Positions 14,026-27,097 of a DNA stretch of 64,000 bases are shown here, one piece after another (the first letter of the stretch is position 1; the number at the start of each line of letters is the position of its first letter). The stretch covers positions 51,336,001 to 51,400,000 of the forward strand of contig OZ024749.1 in NCBI GenBank assembly GCA_964016885.1, read 5' to 3'. Below the pieces are notes generated by a model. That model was not told the origin of the DNA and did not search any database. It worked only from the letters and a program-made list of their open reading frames with translations. This stretch comes from Eledone cirrhosa. Its lineage: Eukaryota. A program made the translations under genes and the position numbers.

Positions 14026-14899
14026 GAGAGAGAGGCAGTTTTTTCCATGTTTGCATGTCTTCATCTGTTTTTACAGCTGGATGCACCTCTTTGCACTAAT
14101 TGCTCAGTTACAAAGTAGAACTAATACATTTGTGTCGCTAAAACATGATAAAGCATGCAGAGTAAGGTCCTTTGCTCAACGACACAAACCCATGTCTGTT
14201 TGCATTAAAATTTAAACTGTCTTGCAAAGAAGTTTTCTGATATTAATTACCATATAGGGTTTGGGTTTTCTTTTCGTTGGGTGTTTCTGTAATTTGCATT
14301 CATCAACATAGCAACATGTTGAATTGCTTGTCTTAATTAGATCTGAATTAGTGAAGCACAGTATTTTTTCTCTATATTTTCAGATTCAAGTAGTTTTAGG
14401 TTTACTATAACCAGATGCGACATTGAAAATCTTGTTGGACATGAAAGTTAATTGCTGAATAAGATGTATTAAATAATAATAAAGAAATAATTAGATGTGA
14501 CATCAGAAATGTACGCTGCAATTACATATATATATAGTAATAATAATAGTGATAATAAATGTGAAGACTAAAATCCGAAGAGGGCTCGATAAAGATTATA
14601 TATATATATATATACTATAAATATATGTATATATAAAACCGTAGAGAAAATATTTATTATAATAACCCATTAAGAAGATCCCATTAAAGGTGAAAGCAAT
14701 GATTCTTTGCTTAAACTTTAATCTGTTCTTATAATAAATTTATATATAAATAAATGTGTGTGTGTTATATAAAGAGTTGGCACATGGCAAGAGCTCAGCC
14801 ATCGAGTCCCAACACTTTATAACATAACCATACTCTACTACCCCAAGTTTTGAGTACTCTGTTGAGTAATGGTCTAACCAGTTTCAAACTGAATTCATC

Positions 14900-14945
<46 letters not shown>

Positions 14946-16788
14946 TATATCCCATCAAAACCCATGCTAGCATGGAAGATAGACATTAAACGATGATAAT
15001 GATGATATCGCTTGCCAAGTGGGGTGGAACTCATCAAATTGGACAATGAAAACAATGTTTCCATTGGTCTTTCCATTGCTGATACTATCTACTGGTTGCA
15101 ACTCTTGGCAGAAATAAAGTGTCTTGCTCAAGCACATAATGCATTGCCCAGTCTGGGTATCAAACTAGCCACCTCACAATTGAAAATCAAACACTCTAAC
15201 CACTAAGCCACCTACCTTCACTTTATCATACTATAAGCCTGTAAATAATTAGAATATCAAGCATTGAATAAAATTACTTCAGTTTTGGATTCTAACCAAT
15301 AGAAATCCTTGTTACTTTTTAATCCTTTACGTGACACAAGGCACATCCAGTGTATTCTAGTAAATTTTTGTCTGTTTATGAAACCTTCACTACATCATTC
15401 CCACATCTGTTTACAAGATGGGGATCCCTATCAAATATATGGCTCTTATTTATCTCTAATTACCCTATGTCCCTGAGAGAGTCTAATTTAGCAGATTAGA
15501 TAACATTTACACATCATAGATGTTAAACATCGATAAGCTTTACATCATGAATCATCTTTTGTGATTAAATTTCTCATCTGATCTTTAAAATGTGAAGTCA
15601 AAGATATTTAAATTTACTCTTTTTACATTCCTAATACCAGTTGTAGGGATGTCATATTGAAATACGATATTTCTAGGTCATTTTTAAAACCTGACAGAGC
15701 CAATCTTCTCTCCAGGTCTAAATATAGCAGATTTCATACAGAGAAGGATAGAGAGTGAGAGAGAAGTGAGAAAGTGATATAGAGGAAGAATTGACTCTAG
15801 TACTAGACTGGTTCTTTTTTTTGTGGACCTCGAAAGGATGAAAGGCAAAGTTGACCTCGGCAGGATTTGAACTGAGAGAGCAAAGAAGTGGAATAAATAT
15901 TGTAAAGCATTTTGTCTGAAGTTCTAATGGCTCTGCCAATTCACTGCCTTATTTTATTTTATTTTACTATATAAAGTGATAAAATCTAAAGTAAAATTTA
16001 GATGGAATTTGGTAGAGCTTGAAATATAGATTAGCATAAAGATTTGCATAAAATCTTACAATATTGAAATTCTATATTTGATAAGGCATACTTCTGCACA
16101 GTCTTTTGTCTACAAAATTTCACTCACAAAGCATTGGTCAACCTAAATCTATGGTAGAAAATACTTTTCCTAGGGTTCTGAACAAGAGGATCAAAAGCTT
16201 TTTAAACCACACAACCCTGCCTGCATCCATTTATGGCAATACCCATTTCACTCTTCACATGTTACCCCCACCATTATTCACAATACCTAACCATCATTAC
16301 TTAATTCTTACTATACACATTGTATCATTATCCATCACCATCACCATCATATTCCATACCAATATGCTAGTGCTGACTTTACCTATTACTTCCTACTACT
16401 CATACTAAAGTGTTACTCACTCACTACTTAGACTAAAACTAATATCACCAATGACTACATCAACATTACTAATTACCACCATTACCTCTAACACATAACA
16501 TTCTATGTTTTTTGTATTTGAGATTCTATTAGAAATACCAACTGCATATACATAGCTTTCTAGAGACTTTCTTTTTGAAATTTGATACATTTTTTCTTCT
16601 ATTCTTCTTGCTTTCAGGAGTAATATGTCAAGTACAAACAAACACCTATTGCTATGTTATACAGAACGCTGTTCCTATTTATATCATTAAAATAAGGTAT
16701 TTTTCTTGATATTGATGAAATAAAATAATTTCTAAAAAAAAATTTTTTTCAACTTTGCAAAGTGCAAGCAGGCATAAAATGATGATGA

Positions 16789-16826
<38 letters not shown>

Positions 16827-17959
16827 TCATCATCATTTTACGTCTGCTTTTCCCTGCATTAGTGCACAGGTCCCCCAGAGATGGGGGGGGGGCAGGGGCT
16901 GACAGCCCTTGCCATGCCACTGTGTATATGCTAGAAAAGATAAAATTATAATATCGGTAGAATCATTATAATCTTCAGAAGACAATCATTTTGGTGATGG
17001 TGGCGATGATGGTGGTGATGGTGGTGATGATGGTGGTGGTGGTGATGATGGTGGTGATGGTGGTGGCGATGGTGGTGGTGATGGTGGTGATGGTGAGGGT
17101 GATGATGATGATTATTAGCTGATATCTCTAAAGTAAAGCTTTTTTAGTTGTTTTTAATGAAAACTATATCACCTGATTCTTCAAAGAGATTGAAATCACA
17201 CTACCATTAACTCTCTTGTGCACGTCCTAAATTGCTTCGTAAGCATTTTTTTTTTTAATAATGAATCACAAACTATCATGACAACAGAACATGAAAGGAA
17301 AGGACTTGACCATTTATATGACAACAGGGAAAGGTTATTGTCACTTAATTACAAAACTTAAGTATTGACTCATTAACCCACTAAATGTAGATTTTTGTAG
17401 TGAAAAAAATGTTTTTCCTCTCAGCTTTTAATATGGCAAATATAAATTGTGTTAATTTAGAACGCCTAAGAGCTGATATATAATTTAGAATCTGACAACC
17501 AGCTCCTACCTTTATTTTACTATATACACACACACATTTTATATATATATATTTATATATTTGTTGTTGGTTGTTGATGCCCTAAGGACAGACACTGGTC
17601 TCTGAGAGATGCAGGACATGGCAGCAATGATGAAGGACATAGACTGCTGAAGGGAACTCGTGCATGGATCTCTGAAATTTTGCTCACTCTAGATAGATAT
17701 TTGTGTGTGGTGTATATGTAACTGTGAGTATCTGGTTTAAAATTGGTACACAGTATGTGTGTGTGTCATAAGCAATGGCTAAAAGCATTGGTGTCAGTAA
17801 AGGCATCCAGCTGTAAAATATTGCCCCAAATGTCTCGTCAAGCCCATGGCTGTATGTATAAGTTGATGTAAAAACGTTGATGATGATGGCCATGATATGT
17901 ATATCTATATATGTGTGTGTGTGTCTGTAATGGAAAACATCATTGCAATCGATGCAATA

Positions 17960-18294
17960 CATCATCATCATCATTTTACGTCCGCTTTTCCCTGCTTGCA
18001 AGGGTGGGACGGGAACTGATGCTGGCTTGATTTCTACAGCTGGATGCCCTCCCTAACACCAACCTCATTTACAGTGAGTGCTGGGTGCTTTTTTGCCGTG
18101 GCACCTCCACGTCCACTTTGCAGTGGAATGATAGGGACCCCAGTCTCTATCATCTCATTTCTACAGCTGAGTAAACTGGAGCAATGTGAAATAAAGTGTC
18201 TTGCTCAAGGAAACAACACATCACCCGGTCTGAGAATTGAACTCACAACCTTTCGATTGCAAGGCCAATGCTCTAACCACTAAGCCATATGCCT
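17960..18294 (-). mobile_element. SINE family B composite, near-identical to 52071
   Basis: Reverse-complement match, ending in a (GAT)n tail. Confidence 0.8.
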
Positions 18295-18338
18295 CAAAGA
18301 TATATATTAGTTTAATGCTTGATGCAGTAGGAAAAGAG

Positions 18339-18374
18339 TCTGAACGTTTCAGATGCTAGTCCTTCATCAGAAGA
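18339..18374 (-). ncRNA. Minimal hammerhead-like motif in a dispersed repeat (second copy near 36650-36685, + strand)
   Basis: Minus strand: TCTT-CTGATGA-aggactagcatct-GAAACGTT-cagac. The 36650 copy reads TCTT-CTGtTGA-a GGAC tagc GTCC-aAAACGTT-AAGA, and the two copies share downstream flanks. Their consensus is a clean core. Confidence 0.45.
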
Positions 18375-20042
18375 TAGAATGAGAAATAAAAGATGAAATG
18401 AAAAGAGGTAGAGGAGAGTGAAACGAAGATGAAACAAGAAAAAATGTTTTGGAGGAAATGCACGTATGTGTTCAAACAGCCATCATACACAGGATGTGTT
18501 TTCAGAATACCATTATATACACAAGATTCAGCACAGTTTCCATATATCTAATTCCACTTTCAAAGTAGTAGTCAACCTAAAGCTATAGCAACAAAAAGTG
18601 TTGTGCAGTTGAATCAAACCACCAGTACGACAGTGCTGCAAAGCAAATGTTTTAACCACAGGGTTATGTTTGCAAATTATAAATGTTTATCTGTCTATCT
18701 GTCTGTGTCTAATAAATCATTGAATTATTAGGGAGTTAGCAGTAAATACTTTGTTATTATTTAAGTATTAAGAGCAAGTCACTTTAATGAAATCTATTCC
18801 TCTTAAATCCGTAGAATTTACAGACATGTGAAATAAATAACCCCAGCTGGGAATTAGAATTAGTCATACTCTTGGCTCATCAGAAGCTTGCCAACATTCT
18901 AAGTAAATCATGATGTGAATGAATTGGAAAATATTAGTTTAAAATTGTGTAAATGAAAGAAAGTTGAATATCACAACCATCATCACTGCCATCATCATCA
19001 TCATCATGTAATGTATGTACCATATATAGTTGAAAAGAAGCAGAGGAATATGTGACCAAAAACATCTATGGTAAAATGGGGCGGTCGGCTTTTAAGCACT
19101 ATCTAAACAATATGTTGATTAGCTGCCTCAGCTTATAAATGGGGTTTGGATTTTTGCCCATTTCTCAGACATAAAATAGTAGGGGTCAGTTTATATTCGG
19201 ATCAGTTAATATTTAAGTATATAAATGGGTCTGGATCTTTACCCATTTATCAGACAAAGTAATAGGGGTCAGTTTATATTCGAGTATATATACAGTAGTT
19301 CAGTCTTTCCTTATTTTTTAAGTATAAATCTGTATCTAATTGAAGAATATTAGGTTTCTCATTTCTGTAGACGAATAAAGAAATGGTAAGAAGTGGTTTT
19401 GGTAAAGAGAAATAGAAGTAAAAATAGAAGAACATTAAATTCTCACATGGATATAGATCTATAAATTTGCAAGAAGGAGGGTGTATAGCTAATATATTAA
19501 CCCCTATTACGTAACTGGTACTATTAATGAAAATATGAGTTTGATGAAGATGTAAAACAGATAAGAAGTATGACAGGAAGTTCATGATAAATACATCCAA
19601 CCAATCACAGCAAGAATTTTATCTGAGACGAAAGGAAAAGAGAAAACGAATTAAAAAAAGATTATGAAGGAAAGAGAAGTCAAGATTTGCACATAAAACT
19701 TAGATATATCAAACTTGATGTAATGAAGAAAAAAAAAACTATAATAATAAAGATGTCGTATCTGCTACACTTAATGCCCTTAGAAATATTTTGTTTGGTG
19801 GGGAGTGGGGGTTCTCCGCTGTATTTGCATTTTTTTTTATTTTTTTTTTATAGTTTGGTCAGAGAAACAAGGAAAATACCAAAATCGTTTTTTAGGACCT
19901 TTGTGATGATTGATGAGAAGAAATCATCATCCAGGCCAATAACCTGATTCAAAGGCTTAGAACAGTGTGAACCTTGCTAAAGTCTCTCAAGGGCTAGCTG
20001 GTAGTGCACAACACACCCACATATTTTACTGTGTGTATGTAG

Positions 20043-20073
<31 letters not shown>

Positions 20074-20119
20074 TATATGTGTGTGTGTGTATGTGTGTCT
20101 ATATATAAGTGTCTCTGTG

Positions 20120-20155
<36 letters not shown>

Positions 20156-20228
20156 TATATATATGTGTGTGTGTCTATATATAAGTGTCTGAGAATATAT
20201 GTGTGTATGTATATATATATATATATAG

Positions 20229-20270
<42 letters not shown>

Positions 20271-21111
20271 TATGCTAGCATGGAAAAAAGGATGTTAAAC
20301 GATGATGATTACATATATATATATATACAATATAATATATACATTCACATATACAATATAATATATATATATATATATACGCACATATTGACAGACAGTT
20401 ATATATAGACATACAGGCTATATATATGTACATGTGTACTCATCATAGCATGGATGGAATGCCTTGTGGTTGAGGAAAATATCTGCCACCAAGTTGATAT
20501 TTGAGAAATTTGAAGTAAGAACAACCGTTGTCCTGAAGCAATTACATGCAGCTTGTATTCAGAACCACGCCCTATATCCAGTGACAAGACTAGCTGAGAT
20601 AATTGGTCTTTCTGGTGTGAGGATGAGTGTTGCATTAGAATTTCTATTACTTTTTCCAATACCATAGTAGAAAAAATAAATATATATGTATGTATATATA
20701 TTATAAAGAAAATGAAAAATCAGTGATGCATCTGGACTTAGTTTATTTCGTGTTACAAATGTTTCGCCGGCATGTAGCTCGAGACATGGTCCTTGTATGA
20801 AACTGGCTGATTCTACTTCTGGATGTATCATCATCATCATCATCATCACCGTTTTACGTCCGTTCTTCCATGCTAGCATGGGTTAGACGGGTTGTCCTGT
20901 TGTGGGCAGTGTCTGGTCGGCTGACCATGCCTTGCTCATACAGGAACTGATCTGGCTTGATTTCTACAGCTGGATGCCCTTCCTAACACCAACCTCATTT
21001 ACAGTGAGTGCTGGGTGCTTTTTCGTGGCGCCTACACGTCCACTTTACAGTGTGGGCTGGGTGCTTTTTTTGCCGTGGCACCTCCACGACATATATATAT
21101 ATATATATGCA

Positions 21112-21142
<31 letters not shown>

Positions 21143-21348
21143 ACAAAGGAAATGTGGAAAGGAACCGGGTGGACCATAACGCACCAAAGTACTCAATACT
21201 TAGGGTAGTAGAGTGGGTAATAGGAACAAGTAAGACCCCGACGGCTGAGCTCAAGCCGTTTCGACGGCTAATTCTGGACTCCAGACTAGTCCAGAATTAG
21301 CCGTCGAAACGGCTTGAGCTCAGCCGTCGGGGTCTTACTTGTTCCTAT
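21143..21348. mobile_element. (TA)n-embedded island with 61-bp perfect palindrome carrying a hammerhead 3' half (Penelope-like terminal repeat fragment?)
   Basis: Arms 21220-21280 and 21288-21348, spacer CCAGACT. Contains GAAA-CGGC-ttgagctca-GCCG-TC|GGGG. Shares the motif GTACTCAATAC with the 29516 and 42636 islands. Confidence 0.6.
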
Positions 21349-21474
21349 ATATATATATAGATATATATATTACACTTTATCAAGTAACCACACAGCTCCC
21401 AAATTTATATATATATAGTATATACATATCTGTGTGTGTGTGTCTAGCCTATGCAAGCATGGAAAATAGATGTG

Positions 21475-21516
<42 letters not shown>

Positions 21517-21607
21517 ATGTATATATGTATGTATATATATATATATGTGATTAAAGAAAAAATATTCTTTAAATATACTCCTGTGCTTTTTCAATTTTAC
21601 TTTTTAC

Positions 21608-21656
<49 letters not shown>

Positions 21657-21780
21657 CATACATATAAATATGTATATATATATATATACATATATGTATA
21701 TGTATTTATATATACATACATACATATATGTATTTATATATACATACATATATGTATAATTTATGTATATATATATATAT

Positions 21781-21851
<71 letters not shown>

Positions 21852-22424
21852 ATGACTGCTACTGCATAATTAGAGCTGTTGGCTATAACCTCCCATGAGT
21901 TAAGATATATAAAATAATGACTGTTTGACACTAATTTGACGTCAGCACAGCCAAAGTGCCACTCCATATACATTTGTACATTGTTTAGATACAAAAATGT
22001 TGATAATTGATTTCATTTGACTAATATTTTCTTCTTGCCTCCCCACTCTTCGGTTCATTCAGCCATATATCTATAATCGCCCAGAATCAAAATCCTATTC
22101 ATAATTGTTTTTCTATAATTCTGTCTCACTGTTCTAAAAATCTTGTGGCTACCATTTTGGCCGAAAATTTTTCCAGGATTCATAAAAATGGCTTCTCTCT
22201 CTCTCTCGGCCCTCTAAAAGCCCCCACTCTCTCTATCATATATGTCGCTCTCTCAATCTCCCTCCCACTCCTTCTCAATCCCTACGCACCAAATATAAAT
22301 AAGCCTGCTCCTCGCTAACTCCTATACGCAGATGATCTAACGCTCATAGCTGAATAGTGAGTGCAATGTTGACAACTATTTTTCTCTGGGGTATTAATTA
22401 TATGAGAGTTGTACCTTAATAATA

Positions 22425-22826
22425 ATGGGTTCTTATATAGACACAAGGCCAGCAATTTGGGAGTAGGGGAAAGTCGATTAAATAGACCCCAATGCATTAC
22501 TGGTACTTTATTTTATCGACCTACCATAAGAATGAAAGGCAAAGTTAACCTCAGCGGGATTTGAACTCCTGCAAAGCGGGGTGTCCGACCCTCTACTGAT
22601 ACTGCTAATCCACTGCCCTAATAATAATAGTTTCTGATTTAGGTTGAAGGCCAACAATTTTGAGGGGGCAAAAGGAAAGTCAATTAAATCGACCCCAGTG
22701 TGTGACTGGTACTTTATTTTATCGACACAGTAAGGATAAAAGGCAAAGCTAACCATGGCAGGATTTGAACTCAGAATGTAAAGGGATGTTGTCCAATGCT
22801 CTACCAATACCATTAATCCACCATCT
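22425..22826 (-). mobile_element. Two tandem SINE family A copies
   Basis: cacaaggcc...gactggtactttattttatcgac...gatttgaactc, present twice. Confidence 0.75.
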
Positions 22827-22984
22827 TGATAATAATGATAATAATAATATTATGTAATGACCCCCTCTTTCACCCTGGGGTATTAGTGACATGAATGTAG
22901 TACAGATATTATTACAAATAAGAATTAAACCTAACCTTGTTTCCATTTAGTGTATGTCTCTAATATGAACGAGATACTGAGGTA

Positions 22985-23250
22985 TTATGACTAGGTTAAG
23001 AGCTGCTAATGAGCTACTGAGTTAATGAGCTGCTAGGCTGAGCTACTAAGTCATTATGATTGGATTAATGAGCTGCTGGGTTAACGAGGTATCATGCCTG
23101 GGTTAATGAGCTGCTGACATACTTAGGTATCATAACTGGGTTAATGACTTGCTAACGAGCTACTGAGTTATTGAGTTGCTGGGCTGAGCTACTAAGTCAT
23201 TATGACTGGGTTAATGAGCTGCTGAGCAATTGAGGTTTTATGTCTGGGTT
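22985..23250. repeat. Degenerate tandem repeat of ctgggttaatgagctgct units
   Basis: Repeated gttaatgagctgct and gagctactaagtcattatga blocks. Confidence 0.7.
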
Positions 23251-23269
23251 GAAGCGCAGTTAAGCCAGT

Positions 23270-24210
23270 CAAATGTAAATGTAATAATCATGGATTTTAT
23301 GAAGATTTCTTTCAAAGTCCATCACAAATGATATAACCTTGATATAGATGGAAAACTGGGAAAGTGGTTGTATGACTTTTTATAAGGGACATCATCATCA
23401 TCATTTTACATCCACTTTTCCCTGCTTGCAAGGGTGGCATGGATCCTATTCAGCACAGCATCTCTTCACTTGTCACGGTCCTTCGTCATCTCCACCATGA
23501 GCTTTAGTGATCTGGGGTCTACTCTCACCATCTCCACTCATTATATATATGTCCATTACTGTTTGTGATAGCTCTGTTAGATATATCTTCAGTTGCTAAA
23601 ACAGCCAGCATCACTAACTTTGTTGATAATACCGATTTATCAAATGTAATCAAGAATGCTGATTATGGTAAAACGAGCAGAACGGCTTTGATGCCATATA
23701 CAAGTGGGCTGATAAAAAATTGTCTTAAAATTTAAAAGAAAAATCAAAAAACAAACATACAATTCAGTGCTACATTGTTTCAATGATTCCATTATCAGAA
23801 TTTTATCACAAAGTCACCTGGATGGAAAAATATACAGATATACAGTGCAAAAATATGCTAAAAGACTGAAATTCCAGACAGCATCTGTGCAAGGTATGGA
23901 AGTCATAATCAGTTATGATGTCATTAGAAGCACAGATACACATATCTCTAAGATGGAAATAACCTACAAACATCTAGCAAGAAGTAAATGTCTTGAGAAT
24001 ATTTAGAAGAAGAAGACAAAGGAACGGTTGTTATGTTGTTTCGAGTGCTGTGTCATGGCTATGGCTACTTGACACAGTGAAGCCCACTACTGACTTGGAA
24101 TCAACACAAAGGTCCTACATAAAGAATATTGCTTCTTCTATGAATGAAAAAGATAAAATACTGGAACTGGTGAAAGTTTTAATACTCTACACCCTGGAGC
24201 AAAACCTGAA
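23270..24210 (+). mobile_element. Highly decayed CR1-like reverse-transcriptase relic
   Basis: Fragments DFMKISFKVHH, GKLGKWLYDFL, FVDNT, LESTQRSYIKNI and LYTLEQ occur in the expected order, with many stops and frameshifts. Confidence 0.55.
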
Positions 24211-24884
24211 CACATATCATCATCTGGTTTAACGTCTGTTTTACTTGTCACAAGAATTAGACGTTTTGGTAGCCTCAGTCAAAGCATTTCTCTAGAGTTC
24301 TTTCTAGTGATAGGTTTTCGTCCAAGTTCTAGACTTTCTGATCATCCCTGATATTACCTCTTCCCAGGTCTTACATGGGTGTACCTCATTTCCCTGTCTA
24401 CCAGGGGCCACAATCTTGGTACATCGATATATCCACGCACAACTATGGTCCACAAGTTCAAACCGATACACTCTGCATGATCTTAAAACAGTGTCAAGTG
24501 CTGGGATCTTGAATTTTTAGATAGAGAGATGTCATGTGGACCCTTCTCAGAATTTGACACCAAATATGCAGTAACTTATTTCTGAAAGATCTTGGAAGGA
24601 CTAGCTCCAAACTGTAGCAATTAAATTTTAGAATTGGACTCTACTGTAGATTGTCAAATGTTCTACTTTCTTCCTCCTGAATTAGGATTAGTTACTGCAG
24701 TAGCATAGAATTTAAAAGAGCTTAGATCTTCAATATTCATTCATTAAACATAGCAGTAAATCCAAACAACATTTGGATATATTACAATGTAAAATTCTAG
24801 ATTAATTTATATTAAAGAAGGGAAAGTAAATTGAAGAGAACTAAAGTATTATATTCACTCAATACCAAGTATCAGCTGATAACT

Positions 24885-24995
24885 GCACCAATATAGGTGA
24901 TGGTACCTTAGTAAGACCATAGCACCAATATAGGTGATGGTACCTTAGTATGACCATAGCACCAGTATAGGTGATGAGACACTAATATGACCATA
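24885..24995. repeat. 37-bp tandem repeat, about 2.5-3 copies
   Basis: gcaccaatataggtgatggtaccttagtaagaccata starting at 24885, 24922 and 24959. Confidence 0.85.
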
Positions 24996-25616
24996 GACCT
25001 GTCATAACTACAGTAAAGAGTCTCATAAATTAATAAAGACAAAATACAGAAATAGTTTCTAAAGGAAGTGATGACTTTAGTTAGAAACAAACTAAAGTAT
25101 ATAAATTAGTTTCTATTCATAACATCTGTAATTCATTTTGAAAACTTAACTTGTAACATTCATATCTAATTAGAAGCATTTCTATAGAAATTTTTCACAA
25201 CAATTTGTTTGAAGGATTTATCACCAACTTCTCAAAATATATCTATTTATTAAAAATGTATCTATTAAAATATAGGTCCTTGTTATGTCATACTACATTC
25301 ATTAAGGTTATTTTAAATGATAATGCATTAGAAAAGCAATTCATTTGCTCAGAGAAAGGAAGTGACTCAATAGTAAAGACTTCCCACTGCTAGTGTACAT
25401 AAGAGGCTGATCAACATGTTAGACAGTTAGACAATTCATTGTATGTCTATGATTTTAGTTTTATGTTTATATAGTGCATTATTGTTGATGCTGTTGTTGT
25501 TGCTATGTAACAACAACAAAGGAAGTTAGTAATAACAATATCATAAATAAATATTGCATTTGTTTGGTGCACATTTTTTGGTGCATTTATCATATCATTG
25601 TCGTCATTAGGGTGAG

Positions 25617-26012
25617 GGTGGTGGATTGGCAGAATCGGTAGAGCATCAAACAACAAGCTTTATGGCGAGGAGTTATGTCTCTTTATGTTCTGAGTTCAAA
25701 TCCCACTGAGGTTAGCTTTACTTTTCATCCTAACGGGTCAATAAAATAATGTACCAGTAATGCACTAGGGTCAATTTAATCAACTTTCTCCTCTCCCCAA
25801 AATTGTTGGCCTTGTGCCTAAATCATAGTCTTGCTTGGCAGTATCGGTAGAGCATCAGACAGCATGCTTTGCAGCATAGAGTTATGGCTGTTTACGTTCT
25901 GAGTTCAAATCCGCCGAGGTTAGCCTTGCCTTTCATCCTTACAGGTTCGATAAAATAAAGTACCAGTAATACACTGGGGTAATAGCTGGCCTTGTTCCAA
26001 AAGTAGAAACAA
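25617..26012 (+). mobile_element. Two tandem SINE family A copies
   Basis: gggtggtggattggcagaatcggtagagc... and tggcagtatcggtagagc..., each with core and tail. Confidence 0.8.
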
Positions 26013-26842
26013 TGTTATTAGTATTATTATTCAAGATTATTATTTAACTCCTTTAGATTCTTGGTTAGCTGAACTGAATTGCCAATGATAACCTGGTGGA
26101 TCTACTAAACAATCTGAAGGAGGTGAGCTCCAAAGATCTAAATTTATTGAACACCTATATGATAGATTATTGGTAAACACCACTACAATGATCAATAATC
26201 AATTAGAATTCAGCTGTCAAAAAGATAAAGGAGTTCTTTCAACTTGACCAACACCCAAAGATGCTCAGAAGTGTAATTGGAGGTATCAAATTTATCCCAC
26301 CTGGGCGGCATCTTCTCATCCTTTGGTGAGTAGGTTGCCTTTATATGTATATATATCATTTACTAATATTTTAACCTGCCATAATATATTGTATTACATC
26401 TCCCCTCCCTCATCATCCTATTTATTGTATACATATATATATCCCTCCACATATCTTGTAACACTTTTGCATAACACATTTTATATTGTGTGTGGCCAAT
26501 AAAAGAAAATATTATTATTATTATTATCATCATCATTATTATTATTGTTGTTGGTATTATTATTATTCATATATGATGAACAGTTCTTCTTTGATCAGAA
26601 AATATGCTTGGGTTGATGAACATAATTTAATTGCTTACAAAGGTGGCTCAAAATGTATTAGACACACCCTAATGATAAAAGTCCAACTGTGACAGAATTT
26701 GACTGAAGCAGAATAGTAGCAGTAGTTGTGGTGGTAGTAGTGGTGGGGGTGGTGGTAGACTCCTAAGGAATTAGTATTAGGGAAAACTATATAAGGTATA
26801 GTAAAGGAAAATTGAATAAAGAAGCAATGAATTTTTTTTTAT

Positions 26843-26884
<42 letters not shown>

Positions 26885-26941
26885 GCAAAAGATGAAATCG
26901 AAAATACAACTGGAGTCTTTTTAAAAATATTTATTTGTTTC

Positions 26942-26977
26942 CTTTACCGGTTTCACAGTTCTTAGGCTTTTCAAAAG
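26942..26977 (-). ncRNA. Variant hammerhead motif (U3-A8), inverted partner of 27055-27097
   Basis: Minus strand: CTT-TTGAAAA-GC ctaagaact GT-GAAA-CCGG-TA|AAG. Confidence 0.45.
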
Positions 26978-27054
26978 TAGAATTGAGATGGAGGGTTTGT
27001 GGTTTTTCTCGCATATCAGAATTTGCAAGAAAAACCACAGACCCTCCATCTCAA

Positions 27055-27097
27055 TCCTATTTTTGAAAAGCATAAGATCTGTGAAACCGGTAAAGGA
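27055..27097 (+). ncRNA. Variant hammerhead motif (U3-A8 core, TTGAAAA)
   Basis: tcctattt-TTGAAAA-GCA taagatc TGT-GAAA-CCGG-TA|AAGGA. Palindromic stem III ACCGGT, and the C3-G8 pair is replaced by U3-A8. Confidence 0.5.

Noticed and set aside
13104-14086. YI-repeat ORFs
   Set aside because: Translations of (TA)n microsatellite.
19075-19297. Duplicated block ending ggggtcagtttatattcgagtatatatacagta, like a pogo/Tigger terminus
   Set aside because: Only one degenerate end is visible and no partner TIR was found.
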